This document shows, piece after piece, positions 40,658 to 53,493 of a DNA stretch of 64,000 bases. Source of the DNA: Rhynchopus sp. YZ270_cl-10. Taxonomy: Eukaryota. The notes beneath the pieces were generated by a model. The model worked only from the letters and a program-made list of their open reading frames with translations, made no database searches and was not told the DNA's origin. Every line of letters begins with the position of its first letter. The stretch's first letter is position 1. The translations under genes were made by a program, and so were the position numbers. The stretch spans positions 1,116,001 through 1,180,000 of the forward strand of contig OZ037846.1 of assembly GCA_964035575.1 (NCBI GenBank). The letters run 5' to 3'.

Positions 40658-42700
40658 ATGCATACCAACATGGTGCTGCCGTTTCTTGCTATTTTTATGG
40701 CATCAGTTGTGCCAGTGTCAGGATCAGTTGCACCTGCAACACCAGCGCCTCCGACACCCGCACCCGTTGTTGGGCAGGCTGGACCGACATACTCAGTTGT
40801 GTTTGCACCTGAGTACAGCATGACATGGAACATTACAGGCGACATCATCACGTACGTCTTTACATGCAGTCCGGGTCTGTGGTGTGCCTTTGGGTTTGGG
40901 ACGAGCATGGCGGATGCGGACACTTACACATGCTCGCAGTCATCGTGCTTTGATGGTCACTGCTCTGGGCACGTTGTTCAGGTGCAGGACGTGCTGAACG
41001 ACGTGCTTTCGTACAGCATCGTGGGTGCGACAGACTACACGTTCTCGCGCAAGGTGGACACAATGGACGCTGTCGACACTGTCATCGTGAACCAAATGCA
41101 GGACGTGATCTGGGCGTACGGGCCGTACACAGCTGGCAACCTGGACACACACGAGGCTGGCGGAAGCTACGGGAGCTTGCAGATCAACTTTTTCACTGGT
41201 GCCTCAGCTTCGGTGGGTACGAAGAACAAGCTGGTGTACCTGATCCTCATGTTTGTGCTGCTGTTGCTGCCTGCGATGTTCGTGCCACTGACAAAGCTGT
41301 GCTGCCGCAATGCGTTTGAGGCACCACGTTTCCTGGGAAGGATGATGGTGAAGGGAGTGGGTGTCTACGTGGTGGGAGTGATGTGGGCAGGTGCGGCAGT
41401 GTGCTTCTACTACGCGAACGAGGACAGGCTGGTGTGGTACAAGTCCCTCGGCCACGTTGCGCAGCTGCTCCTGGGCATGAGCTTCTCGATGCCGTCTGGG
41501 AGGCAGAGCTGGATCTGGATCTGCTTTGGGATGCCTCACGAGAAGGTTGTGTTCTTCCACGGCATCATCGGGTTTCTGTTCATGGCAGTCGGGACACTGC
41601 ACGGTGTGATGTACATTGTGGACGGCGAGAACGCATTTACATGGGGTGGTGGACATGTGAACAACCTTGCAGGGACGCTTGCCATTATCTTCATGTTTGC
41701 GCTGTGTGTGACGTCCCTGCCGCCTGTGCGCAGGGGTGCGTACCACTTCTTCCTGATGGCGCACTGGTGCTTCATTCCGTTGATCCTCATCTTCAGCATC
41801 ATCCACGCCACATCCACGGTGCTGTTCCTGATCCCGGGAATAGTCTCCCTGATTGCACAGAGGGTTGTGCGCAACTTCATCGTGCCCTACTACACAGTGG
41901 TGTCGAAGTGTGACACCCCTTCGCAGGCGTACTCGAAGATGCATGTCGCTCCTGCAGTTCCGCCCACAAGAGAGCCGATGTTCAACTTCCACGACATCTT
42001 CCCAGGGATGTACATCAGGGTGCGTGTGAAGTCGCTGTCGAACATGCTGCAGTCGCACCCCTTCTCTGTGATGCGTGTGCACCCGGAGACACGTGGCTTT
42101 TCCATTGTTGTGAAGAACGTGGGGAAGGGAACGTCGACGGACAACATGATCCAAGACCTGCAGACAGGTTCGCTGCTGCGTGTGTCTGAGCCCTGCGGTG
42201 CTGCCTCGATGGACCTGCTCAACTACGACAGAGTGCTGCTTGTTGGCGGTGGTGTGGGTGTGACACCGTTGATTGCTGCACTGAACTACCTGAAGACACG
42301 CAGCGTGTACCAGGAGATGTCAGTGAAGGGACAGAGAGTGCGCCACAGAGTGACCCTTGTGTGGGCTGTGCGTGACGTCGAGCTTCTTGAGCTCCTTGCA
42401 GACGAGCTGATCTCGTGCATCAATGCCATGTCCGACCTGGACCTGCAGATCAACTACACAGGGGCTGTGAACGGAAACCACAACGTGTTTGGGGTGCTTG
42501 GCAGCAAAATCAAGTACGGGAGGCCTGCAATGGAGAAGGTTCTGGAAGGGTTTGGTGACCCAAAGTGGTTCAAGAGTTTGGCAGTTTTCACCTGCGGTCC
42601 ACATGCACTGACTGGTGGGGCGAAGAAGGCTGTGTCAGCGTATGCAGGTCAGTACCCCTGGATGAAGGCTGACGTTCACAACGAAACCTTTGAGATGTAG
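40658..42700 (+). CDS. Single-DOMON ferric reductase copy C
   Basis: Intact ORF with the same motifs as the C-terminal part of copy A. Confidence 0.9.
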   Translation: MHTNMVLPFLAIFMASVVPVSGSVAPATPAPPTPAPVVGQAGPTYSVVFAPEYSMTWNITGDIITYVFTCSPGLWCAFGFGTSMADADTYTCSQSSCFDGHCSGHVVQVQDVLNDVLSYSIVGATDYTFSRKVDTMDAVDTVIVNQMQDVIWAYGPYTAGNLDTHEAGGSYGSLQINFFTGASASVGTKNKLVYLILMFVLLLLPAMFVPLTKLCCRNAFEAPRFLGRMMVKGVGVYVVGVMWAGAAVCFYYANEDRLVWYKSLGHVAQLLLGMSFSMPSGRQSWIWICFGMPHEKVVFFHGIIGFLFMAVGTLHGVMYIVDGENAFTWGGGHVNNLAGTLAIIFMFALCVTSLPPVRRGAYHFFLMAHWCFIPLILIFSIIHATSTVLFLIPGIVSLIAQRVVRNFIVPYYTVVSKCDTPSQAYSKMHVAPAVPPTREPMFNFHDIFPGMYIRVRVKSLSNMLQSHPFSVMRVHPETRGFSIVVKNVGKGTSTDNMIQDLQTGSLLRVSEPCGAASMDLLNYDRVLLVGGGVGVTPLIAALNYLKTRSVYQEMSVKGQRVRHRVTLVWAVRDVELLELLADELISCINAMSDLDLQINYTGAVNGNHNVFGVLGSKIKYGRPAMEKVLEGFGDPKWFKSLAVFTCGPHALTGGAKKAVSAYAGQYPWMKADVHNETFEM

Positions 42701-43727
42701 GTGACGGTGCTGTGCACACTTTCCTGAGCATTTACTTAAATTAGACAACCCACCCCACACCCTCTCTTGAACTTCTGCATGCCTCCCACCACATATTTAT
42801 CATTTCCTTTTCACATTCTTGACAAGTAGTGTACCTACGTAGGCGTTTACCTGAAGTGTGGATACAAAGTTAATCTGCCCTGAGTTGCATTCGACTCCAC
42901 TGCACCACGAGGAAGGGAAGGTGGTGAGAGTTTTGACTGTTTTCTTTCAGTTCGTGAGTTCGCGAGTCTTTCTCAGGAAAGTAGTGTCTGAACAGAGCAA
43001 ACTAACATAGAACGTCGTTGGCACAGTGATTGTGGATACTTCGAGAGGAACAAAAAATGGAACGATTCCCCCACCTTTTCAAATGTTTTCTGTTCTTCCT
43101 GAATTGAAAATATGTGAATCTAATATTCTTTTATTCCCCGTTGTATTCACCTGCATGCTGGGTTCACACAAACATATGTTTTAGCAAACGGTCAAGAAGC
43201 AACTGTCTAGCGTTGTTAACTCTTTGTATCCCCTTTGGAAGAACATACATGGTTTTTTTCTCCCATACTGTGCTTTCTCGTCTTTTGTTGGAAAGTATCG
43301 TGTTTTGAAAAATATGACCAGAAGAATTCGTACATAGGTAAGTAAAAGGAAAAAAAAAGGTTTTTTTGTTGATTGCACAATTACCCTGTTGTAGGGGTGG
43401 TTGGCGAGGAAGTATTTCTCCTTTAAGCTACGATTGTAGATATATAAAAAAACATCCAAAAGATCTATGAGTATTCTGGTCCATATTTTTTTTTTCTTCA
43501 AAATATGGAAAATGAAAGTTGTTTTTGCACGATAACATTTCGAGAGCTTTCACATTTCCTTTTATTTCTTCCACAATGTGCTTTTCTTGTCTTTGATTGG
43601 AAAGAAAATGTAAAATTGTTTTTCCACGATACCAACAGTTCCATCACCATGAATAGGCAGCAACATAGTATATAGCATGCTTGTAGGTGTGAATGCTTGG
43701 TATCATTGTTGTTTGTTTGACATCGAT

Positions 43728-43809
43728 GGTGTGGCTGAAACCAGCTATTATACCTCCACGGTAGAAGTACACAAAAGTGTACATTTTGTTTTTTGTGCTC
43801 AACCACACC
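43728..43809. mobile_element. 82-bp mini-MITE related to the GG-ended element (also at ~33562 and ~50086)
   Basis: GGTGTGGCTGA / TCAACCACACC; flanks CATCGAT / AATCGAG look like a decayed 7-bp TSD. Confidence 0.55.
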
Positions 43810-44486
43810 AATCGAGTCAGCGTCATTTAAAAGAAAAATAGTTGTGTTCGATGGGAAGGAAGACAAAGTGTTCTCATTCCTCAAATGAAGTTAGGGCATG
43901 GCAAGTATTTCTATTGTTTCGCGTCCTGCGTGCGTACAGATTTTTGAGAATTGGGAAAAAAAAACTAGTCCGAAAAAAAACTAGTTTAGGGTTACCTCTA
44001 GAGGTACTCGACTTGGTGGCGTGGTCGGTTCCCGACCGCAAACAAAAATGGGGTGGCGACGGGGGGTGCGCCGCAAAAAACACAAAAAAAAAAAACCTGT
44101 ACCACAAAAAATCACAAAAAATCACATGGTGGGTTTCACTGTACATTGACCCGTCACCAGCGTTCGACAATACGTACTGATACGTATCAGTACGCGTACG
44201 TGGGGGGTATTTCTGGAAATACGTGACTTTATTTTCTCCTCTGAGATGGTGTGAACCGTTGTACGCGGTACAACCGCGGGAGACATACGGGCGAACCACG
44301 GGGAATCTGGAGGGGGTACCCCTTTTTATTTTTATTTTTCCCGTTTTTTGGTGTTTACTCACTCACGGTGGTAAGGGTCACACAGAGTCACGGTTCTAAC
44401 CGAGCGGGGTCGCAAAATTTTCTAATGCGCTGAATTATCCCAAAAAAGTGGTTTTCTCGGGGAAATTTTTTTTTCAACCCCTACAG

Positions 44487-45199
44487 ACTGTACTGTACTG
44501 TACTGTACTGTACTGTACTGTACTGTACTGTACTGTACTGTACTGTACTGTACTGTACTGTACTGTACTGTACTGTACTGTACTGTACTGTACTGTACTG
44601 TACTGTACTGTACTGTACTGTACTGTACTGTACTGTACTGTACTGTACTGTACTGTACTGTACTGTACTGTACTGTACTGTACTGTACTGTACTGTACTG
44701 TACTGTACTGTACTGTACTGTACTGTACTGTACTGTACTGTACTGTACTGTACTGTACTGTACTGTACTGTACTGTACTGTACTGTACTGTACTGTACTG
44801 TACTGTACTGTACTGTACTGTACTGTACTGTACTGTACTGTACTGTACTGTACTGTACTGTACTGTACTGTACTGTACTGTACTGTACTGTACTGTACTG
44901 TACTGTACTGTACTGTACTGTACTGTACTGTACTGTACTGTACTGTACTGTACTGTACTGTACTGTACTGTACTGTACTGTACTGTACTGTACTGTACTG
45001 TACTGTACTGTACTGTACTGTACTGTACTGTACTGTACTGTACTGTACTGTACTGTACTGTACTGTACTGTACTGTACTGTACTGTACTGTACTGTACTG
45101 TACTGTACTGTACTGTACTGTACTGTACTGTACTGTACTGTACTGTACTGTACTGTACTGTACTGTACTGTACTGTACTGTACTGTACTGTACTGTACT
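44487..45199 (+). repeat. Perfect (TACTG)n array, 141 full units
   Basis: 44491-45195 = 705 bp of uninterrupted TACTG. Confidence 0.98.
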
Positions 45200-45221
45200 C
45201 CCCCTTCGGTGGTGGTGACTA

Positions 45222-45485
45222 CACGACGGTGAAGTAACGGGTGTTACAAGTGGAGTTACATGTAACTTTTGTTACATGTAACCCACTTGTAACGTTACAA
45301 GTGGGTTGCATGTAATGTTACATGTACCACCACCAAAAACCACTGAACTTCACCTAATTTCAGGCAAAATCAGGTGGTGGTACATGTAACGTACTTGTAA
45401 CTGTTACAAGTAGCACTTGTAACGGTTTTTCACTTGTAACGTTACGAGTAACTTCACTTGTAATGTAACATACTTCACCGTCGTG
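45222..45485. mobile_element. Tc1/mariner-type MITE (264 bp), TA TSD
   Basis: TIR CACGACGGTGAAGTA / TACTTCACCGTCGTG flanked by TA; internal GTTAC/GTAAC repeats. Confidence 0.9.
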
Positions 45486-47035
45486 TACGCACGAGAGGCT
45501 TAGGTTCATCCTATAAACTTTGATGTATTTTAATTGGGACCGCACGGCGATGAGTGTAATAGTTCCGTTGTGTCCTCCGGTTGTCTGGTGGCCCCATTTT
45601 ATTTTTGTCAAAATTCCGGTATTCATTTTGTTTGGTGCTACGAGTCATGTACCTGACATGTAAACGCCAACAAAACAATAACCTTCCCCCCCCTTCCCGT
45701 GATTTACGTGACATCTGGCTGCAGATGGTGTACGGTTCTTCGTCACAGAGCCGCTCCGGTACACCGCTTTTGTTTTATTTGCTTTGTCTTTGTCTTTGTC
45801 TTTGTTTTTGGTTCTAGGTCTACGAGTTCCTTTTATTGGTCAATTTTCAAATGTTTTCTGTTCTCTCCTGAATTGAAAGTATATGAAGTTATCTCACCTC
45901 TTTTCTTCTTCCCCTTCCTCCCCAATTGCTGCAATAAGGCGTTGTACATGTTTTCATGAACCCTCAGGAAAAAAGGTGCCCCACAAGTGCCCAAAAATAC
46001 CCGCTTTTTTTCTCTTTTTTTCCCCCAAAAAAAAATCCAGAATTATGCGATGTCGCATAAGTCGGCCTGAGTAGCTATTTTCCTGATGTGACAGGCCTGA
46101 ATGATAACAGATATAAATTTTCTACTTTCAGTTTTTGCGTCCCCTTCCTTACCCGGCAGTAGCTCAGCACGAATCATGGCAATTAGTTGCGCCCGATCTG
46201 GAACGTCGAGAGCAGCCCACTTAGCACTGTCCCTCTTCAACTTTTTGTTGTGTCGGCAGCGCTGCACCAGCAGGGTAACCCCCTTCTGTGCCTTCTCCAC
46301 CCCTTCCTCCTCCATGCATTTGTCGAACAACTGACACACCGGACTGCACACCCTTGCCACGCTCCTTGGAGCAGGGATGCGGAGATGGGGCGCAGCGAGA
46401 AAGGGCTCCTTTCTTCTTCCTTCACATCGTCGTCCGTGCCGTCAGGACCCGCCACGTTCACCTCCGGAGATGAGTGGAGGTCCCCTTCCTCTGACATCCG
46501 CCCAAAGCCCGCCTCCCATTGCCTGATAGGCAGGGAGGACGAACAGCGCGATACCGCGATCCGCGATCCCGTCCGGCGCCGTGCGCGTCTGGGACTTGCA
46601 TTGTTTGCGGGCGGTCGCAACCTCCAACTCCTGCAGGTCCCCGAAGCACTCCCACGCCATACTGACTATCTCCCCAGTCATTTGCAGCTTATTGAATTTC
46701 GTTGTCAGGGAGTGGGGTGCCCCCCCGCTTCCCAGCCTTCGCTTATGCCTGAATGCGTGAAGGAGAACTCCTTCTTCGGGTAGTTCAGGAATTCTACCAA
46801 CGTGTTGTGGAAAAGACATCGTTCTGTGGGGAAGAGGGGTAAGTTGGTAGTGAAGCAAGATATTTTCTGCAATGAAATACAGAAGCTGTAGGTTTAGAAA
46901 TTGTTGGTGATGTAAGGACTTTTTTTTGTTGTGTACCGAGAGCGCATGAACAAGACTGAACGGCTGTTCTTATCAAGACTCCTCCCCTCCCCTCACAACA
47001 CCCTCACACCTCACACACCATTGCAGGAATTTCCT

Positions 47036-49078
47036 ATGCATACCAACATGGTGCTGCCGTTTCTTGCTATTTTTATGGCATCAGTTGTGCCAGTGTCAGG
47101 ATCAGTTGCACCTGCAACACCAGCGCCTCCGACACCCGCACCCGTTGTTGGGCAGGCTGGACCGACATACTCAGTTGTGTTTGCACCTGAGTACAGCATG
47201 ACATGGAACATTACAGGCGACATCATCACGTACGTCTTTACATGCAGTCCGGGTCTGTGGTGTGCCTTTGGGTTTGGGACGAGCATGGCGGATGCGGACA
47301 CTTACACATGCTCGCAGTCATCGTGCTTTGATGGTCACTGCTCTGGGCACGTTGTTCAGGTGCAGGACGTGCTGAACGACGTGCTTTCGTACAGCATCGT
47401 GGGTGCGACAGACTACACGTTCTCGCGCAAGGTGGACACAATGGACGCTGTCGACACTGTCATCGTGAACCAAATGCAGGACGTGATCTGGGCGTACGGG
47501 CCGTACACAGCTGGCAACCTGGACACACACGAGGCTGGCGGAAGCTACGGGAGCTTGCAGATCAACTTTTTCACTGGTGCCTCAGCTTCGGTGGGTACGA
47601 AGAACAAGCTGGTGTACCTGATCCTCATGTTTGTGCTGCTGTTGCTGCCTGCGATGTTCGTGCCACTGACAAAGCTGTGCTGCCGCAATGCGTTTGAGGC
47701 ACCACGTTTCCTGGGAAGGATGATGGTGAAGGGAGTGGGTGTCTACGTGGTGGGAGTGATGTGGGCAGGTGCGGCAGTGTGCTTCTACTACGCGAACGAG
47801 GACAGGCTGGTGTGGTACAAGTCCCTCGGCCACGTTGCGCAGCTGCTCCTGGGCATGAGCTTCTCGATGCCGTCTGGGAGGCAGAGCTGGATCTGGATCT
47901 GCTTTGGGATGCCTCACGAGAAGGTTGTGTTCTTCCACGGCATCATCGGGTTTCTGTTCATGGCAGTCGGGACACTGCACGGTGTGATGTACATTGTGGA
48001 CGGCGAGAACGCATTTACATGGGGTGGTGGACATGTGAACAACCTTGCAGGGACGCTTGCCATTATCTTCATGTTTGCGCTGTGTGTGACGTCCCTGCCG
48101 CCTGTGCGCAGGGGTGCGTACCACTTCTTCCTGATGGCGCACTGGTGCTTCATTCCGTTGATCCTCATCTTCAGCATCATCCACGCCACATCCACGGTGC
48201 TGTTCCTGATCCCGGGAATAGTCTCCCTGATTGCACAGAGGGTTGTGCGCAACTTCATCGTGCCCTACTACACAGTGGTGTCGAAGTGTGACACCCCTTC
48301 GCAGGCGTACTCGAAGATGCATGTCGCTCCTGCAGTTCCGCCCACAAGAGAGCCGATGTTCAACTTCCACGACATCTTCCCAGGGATGTACATCAGGGTG
48401 CGTGTGAAGTCGCTGTCGAACATGCTGCAGTCGCACCCCTTCTCTGTGATGCGTGTGCACCCGGAGACACGTGGCTTTTCCATTGTTGTGAAGAACGTGG
48501 GGAAGGGAACGTCGACGGACAACATGATCCAAGACCTGCAGACAGGTTCGCTGCTGCGTGTGTCTGAGCCCTGCGGTGCTGCCTCGATGGACCTGCTCAA
48601 CTACGACAGAGTGCTGCTTGTTGGCGGTGGTGTGGGTGTGACACCGTTGATTGCTGCACTGAACTACCTGAAGACACGCAGCGTGTACCAGGAGATGTCA
48701 GTGAAGGGACAGAGAGTGCGCCACAGAGTGACCCTTGTGTGGGCTGTGCGTGACGTCGAGCTTCTTGAGCTCCTTGCAGACGAGCTGATCTCGTGCATCA
48801 ATGCCATGTCCGACCTGGACCTGCAGATCAACTACACAGGGGCTGTGAACGGAAACCACAACGTGTTTGGGGTGCTTGGCAGCAAAATCAAGTACGGGAG
48901 GCCTGCAATGGAGAAGGTTCTGGAAGGGTTTGGTGACCCAAAGTGGTTCAAGAGTTTGGCAGTTTTCACCTGCGGTCCACATGCACTGACTGGTGGGGCG
49001 AAGAAGGCTGTGTCAGCGTATGCAGGTCAGTACCCCTGGATGAAGGCTGACGTTCACAACGAAACCTTTGAGATGTAG
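47036..49078 (+). CDS. Single-DOMON ferric reductase copy D
   Basis: Protein identical to copy C in the ORF track. Confidence 0.9.
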   Translation: MHTNMVLPFLAIFMASVVPVSGSVAPATPAPPTPAPVVGQAGPTYSVVFAPEYSMTWNITGDIITYVFTCSPGLWCAFGFGTSMADADTYTCSQSSCFDGHCSGHVVQVQDVLNDVLSYSIVGATDYTFSRKVDTMDAVDTVIVNQMQDVIWAYGPYTAGNLDTHEAGGSYGSLQINFFTGASASVGTKNKLVYLILMFVLLLLPAMFVPLTKLCCRNAFEAPRFLGRMMVKGVGVYVVGVMWAGAAVCFYYANEDRLVWYKSLGHVAQLLLGMSFSMPSGRQSWIWICFGMPHEKVVFFHGIIGFLFMAVGTLHGVMYIVDGENAFTWGGGHVNNLAGTLAIIFMFALCVTSLPPVRRGAYHFFLMAHWCFIPLILIFSIIHATSTVLFLIPGIVSLIAQRVVRNFIVPYYTVVSKCDTPSQAYSKMHVAPAVPPTREPMFNFHDIFPGMYIRVRVKSLSNMLQSHPFSVMRVHPETRGFSIVVKNVGKGTSTDNMIQDLQTGSLLRVSEPCGAASMDLLNYDRVLLVGGGVGVTPLIAALNYLKTRSVYQEMSVKGQRVRHRVTLVWAVRDVELLELLADELISCINAMSDLDLQINYTGAVNGNHNVFGVLGSKIKYGRPAMEKVLEGFGDPKWFKSLAVFTCGPHALTGGAKKAVSAYAGQYPWMKADVHNETFEM

Positions 49079-50844
49079 GTGACGGTGCTGTGCACACTTT
49101 CCTGAGCATTTACTTAAATTAGACAACCCACCCCACACCCTCTCTTGAACTTCTGCATGCCTCCCACCACATATTTATCATTTCCTTTTCACATTCTTGA
49201 CAAGTAGTGTACCTACGTAGGCGTTTACCTGAAGTGTGGATACAAAGTTAATCTGCCCTGAGTTGCATTCGACTCCACTGCACCACGAGGAAGGGAAGGT
49301 GGTGAGAGTTTTGACTGTTTTCTTTCAGTTCGTGAGTTCGCGAGTCTTTCTCAGGAAAGTAGTGTCTGAACAGAGCAAACTAACATAGAACGTCGTTGGC
49401 ACAGTGATTAAAAAATGGAACGATTCCCCCACCTTTTCAAATGTTTTCTGTTCTTCCTGAATTGAAAATATGTGAATCTAATATTCTTTTATTCCCCGTT
49501 GTATTCACCTGCATGCTGGGTTCACACAAACATATGTTTTAGCAAACGGTCAAGAAGCAACTGTCTAGCGTTGTTAACTCTTTGTATCCCCTTTGGAAGA
49601 ACATACATGGTTTTTTTCTCCCATACTGTGCTTTCTCGTCTTTTGTTGGAAAGTATCGTGTTTTGAAAAATATGACCAGAAGAATTCGTACATAGGTAAG
49701 TAAAAGGAAAAAAAAAGGTTTTTTTGTTGATTGCACAATTACCCTGTTGTAGGGGTGGTTGGCGAGGAAGTATTTCTCCTTTAAGCTACGATTGTAGATA
49801 TATAAAAAAACATCCAAAAGATCTATGAGTATTCTGGTCCATATTTTTTTTTTCTTCAAAATATGGAAAATGAAAGTTGTTTTTGCACGATAACATTTCG
49901 AGAGCTTTCACATTTCCTTTTATTTCTTCCACAATGTGCTTTTCTTGTCTTTGATTGGAAAGAAAATGTAAAATTGTTTTTCCACGATACCAACAGTTCC
50001 ATCACCATGAATAGGCAGCAACATAGTATATAGCATGCTTGTAGGTGTGAATGCTTGGTATCATTGTTGTTTGTTTGACATCGATGGTGTGGCTGAAACC
50101 AGCTATTATACCTCCACGGTAGAAGTACACAAAAGTGTACATTTTGTTTTTTGTGCTCAACCACACCAATCGAGTCAGCGTCATTTAAAAGAAAAATAGT
50201 TGTGTTCGATGGGAAGGAAGACAAAGTGTTCTCATTCCTCAAATGAAGTTAGGGCATGGCAAGTATTTCTATTGTTTCGCGTCCTGCGTGCGTACAGATT
50301 TTTGAGAATTGGGAAAAAAAAACTAGTCCGAAAAAAAACTAGTTTAGGGTTACCTCTAGAGGTACTCGACTTGGTGGCGTGGTCGGTTCCCGACCGCAAA
50401 CAAAAATGGGGTGGCGACGGGGGGTGCGCCGCAAAAAACACAAAAAAAAAAAACCTGTACCACAAAAAATCACAAAAAATCACATGGTGGGTTTCACTGT
50501 ACATTGACCCGTCACCAGCGTTCGACAATACGTACTGATACGTATCAGTACGCGTACGTGGGGGGTATTTCTGGAAATACGTGACTTTATTTTCTCCTCT
50601 GAGATGGTGTGAACCGTTGTACGCGGTACAACCGCGGGAGACATACGGGCGAACCACGGGGAATCTGGAGGGGGTACCCCTTTTTATTTTTATTTTTCCC
50701 GTTTTTTGGTGTTTACTCACTCACGGTGGTAAGGGTCACACAGAGTCACGGTTCTAACCGAGCGGGGTCGCAAAATTTTCTAATGCGCTGAATTATCCCA
50801 AAAAAGTGGTTTTCTCGGGGAAATTTTTTTTTCAACCCCTACAG

Positions 50845-51657
50845 ACTGTACTGTACTGTACTGTACTGTACTGTACTGTACTGTACTGTACTGTACTGTA
50901 CTGTACTGTACTGTACTGTACTGTACTGTACTGTACTGTACTGTACTGTACTGTACTGTACTGTACTGTACTGTACTGTACTGTACTGTACTGTACTGTA
51001 CTGTACTGTACTGTACTGTACTGTACTGTACTGTACTGTACTGTACTGTACTGTACTGTACTGTACTGTACTGTACTGTACTGTACTGTACTGTACTGTA
51101 CTGTACTGTACTGTACTGTACTGTACTGTACTGTACTGTACTGTACTGTACTGTACTGTACTGTACTGTACTGTACTGTACTGTACTGTACTGTACTGTA
51201 CTGTACTGTACTGTACTGTACTGTACTGTACTGTACTGTACTGTACTGTACTGTACTGTACTGTACTGTACTGTACTGTACTGTACTGTACTGTACTGTA
51301 CTGTACTGTACTGTACTGTACTGTACTGTACTGTACTGTACTGTACTGTACTGTACTGTACTGTACTGTACTGTACTGTACTGTACTGTACTGTACTGTA
51401 CTGTACTGTACTGTACTGTACTGTACTGTACTGTACTGTACTGTACTGTACTGTACTGTACTGTACTGTACTGTACTGTACTGTACTGTACTGTACTGTA
51501 CTGTACTGTACTGTACTGTACTGTACTGTACTGTACTGTACTGTACTGTACTGTACTGTACTGTACTGTACTGTACTGTACTGTACTGTACTGTACTGTA
51601 CTGTACTGTACTGTACTGTACTGTACTGTACTGTACTGTACTGTACTGTACTGTACT
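50845..51657 (+). repeat. Perfect (TACTG)n array, 161 full units
   Basis: 50849-51653 = 805 bp of uninterrupted TACTG. Confidence 0.98.
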
Positions 51658-51679
51658 CCCCCTTCGGTGGTGGTGACTA

Positions 51680-51943
51680 CACGACGGTGAAGTAACGGGT
51701 GTTACAAGTGGAGTTACATGTAACTTTTGTTACATGTAACCCACTTGTAACGTTACAAGTGGGTTGCATGTAATGTTACATGTACCACCACCAAAAACCA
51801 CTGAACTTCACCTAATTTCAGGCAAAATCAGGTGGTGGTACATGTAACGTACTTGTAACTGTTACAAGTAGCACTTGTAACGGTTTTTCACTTGTAACGT
51901 TACGAGTAACTTCACTTGTAATGTAACATACTTCACCGTCGTG
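51680..51943. mobile_element. Duplicate of the 264-bp TA-TSD MITE
   Basis: Same TIRs and flanks as 45222-45485; copied with the tandem unit. Confidence 0.9.
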
Positions 51944-53493
51944 TACGCACGAGAGGCTTAGGTTCATCCTATAAACTTTGATGTATTTTAATTGGGACCG
52001 CACGGCGATGAGTGTAATAGTTCCGTTGTGTCCTCCGGTTGTCTGGTGGCCCCATTTTATTTTTGTCAAAATTCCGGTATTCATTTTGTTTGGTGCTACG
52101 AGTCATGTACCTGACATGTAAACGCCAACAAAACAATAACCTTCCCCCCCCTTCCCGTGATTTACGTGACATCTGGCTGCAGATGGTGTACGGTTCTTCG
52201 TCACAGAGCCGCTCCGGTACACCGCTTTTGTTTTATTTGCTTTGTCTTTGTCTTTGTCTTTGTTTTTGGTTCTAGGTCTACGAGTTCCTTTTATTGGTCA
52301 ATTTTCAAATGTTTTCTGTTCTCTCCTGAATTGAAAGTATATGAAGTTATCTCACCTCTTTTCTTCTTCCCCTTCCTCCCCAATTGCTGCAATAAGGCGT
52401 TGTACATGTTTTCATGAACCCTCAGGAAAAAAGGTGCCCCACAAGTGCCCAAAAATACCCGCTTTTTTTCTCTTTTTTTCCCCCAAAAAAAAATCCAGAA
52501 TTATGCGATGTCGCATAAGTCGGCCTGAGTAGCTATTTTCCTGATGTGACAGGCCTGAATGATAACAGATATAAATTTTCTACTTTCAGTTTTTGCGTCC
52601 CCTTCCTTACCCGGCAGTAGCTCAGCACGAATCATGGCAATTAGTTGCGCCCGATCTGGAACGTCGAGAGCAGCCCACTTAGCACTGTCCCTCTTCAACT
52701 TTTTGTTGTGTCGGCAGCGCTGCACCAGCAGGGTAACCCCCTTCTGTGCCTTCTCCACCCCTTCCTCCTCCATGCATTTGTCGAACAACTGACACACCGG
52801 ACTGCACACCCTTGCCACGCTCCTTGGAGCAGGGATGCGGAGATGGGGCGCAGCGAGAAAGGGCTCCTTTCTTCTTCCTTCACATCGTCGTCCGTGCCGT
52901 CAGGACCCGCCACGTTCACCTCCGGAGATGAGTGGAGGTCCCCTTCCTCTGACATCCGCCCAAAGCCCGCCTCCCATTGCCTGATAGGCAGGGAGGACGA
53001 ACAGCGCGATACCGCGATCCGCGATCCCGTCCGGCGCCGTGCGCGTCTGGGACTTGCATTGTTTGCGGGCGGTCGCAACCTCCAACTCCTGCAGGTCCCC
53101 GAAGCACTCCCACGCCATACTGACTATCTCCCCAGTCATTTGCAGCTTATTGAATTTCGTTGTCAGGGAGTGGGGTGCCCCCCCGCTTCCCAGCCTTCGC
53201 TTATGCCTGAATGCGTGAAGGAGAACTCCTTCTTCGGGTAGTTCAGGAATTCTACCAACGTGTTGTGGAAAAGACATCGTTCTGTGGGGAAGAGGGGTAA
53301 GTTGGTAGTGAAGCAAGATATTTTCTGCAATGAAATACAGAAGCTGTAGGTTTAGAAATTGTTGGTGATGTAAGGACTTTTTTTTGTTGTGTACCGAGAG
53401 CGCATGAACAAGACTGAACGGCTGTTCTTATCAAGACTCCTCCCCTCCCCTCACAACACCCTCACACCTCACACACCATTGCAGGAATTTCCT

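Noticed and set aside
43890..44483. Defined TIR element before the TACTG tract
   Set aside because: The segment is absent from older spacers and looks TE-like, but its ends do not pair convincingly and no TSD was found.
44448..45218. ORFs encoding (YCTVL)n (also 50806-51690)
   Set aside because: Translation artefact of the TACTG microsatellite.
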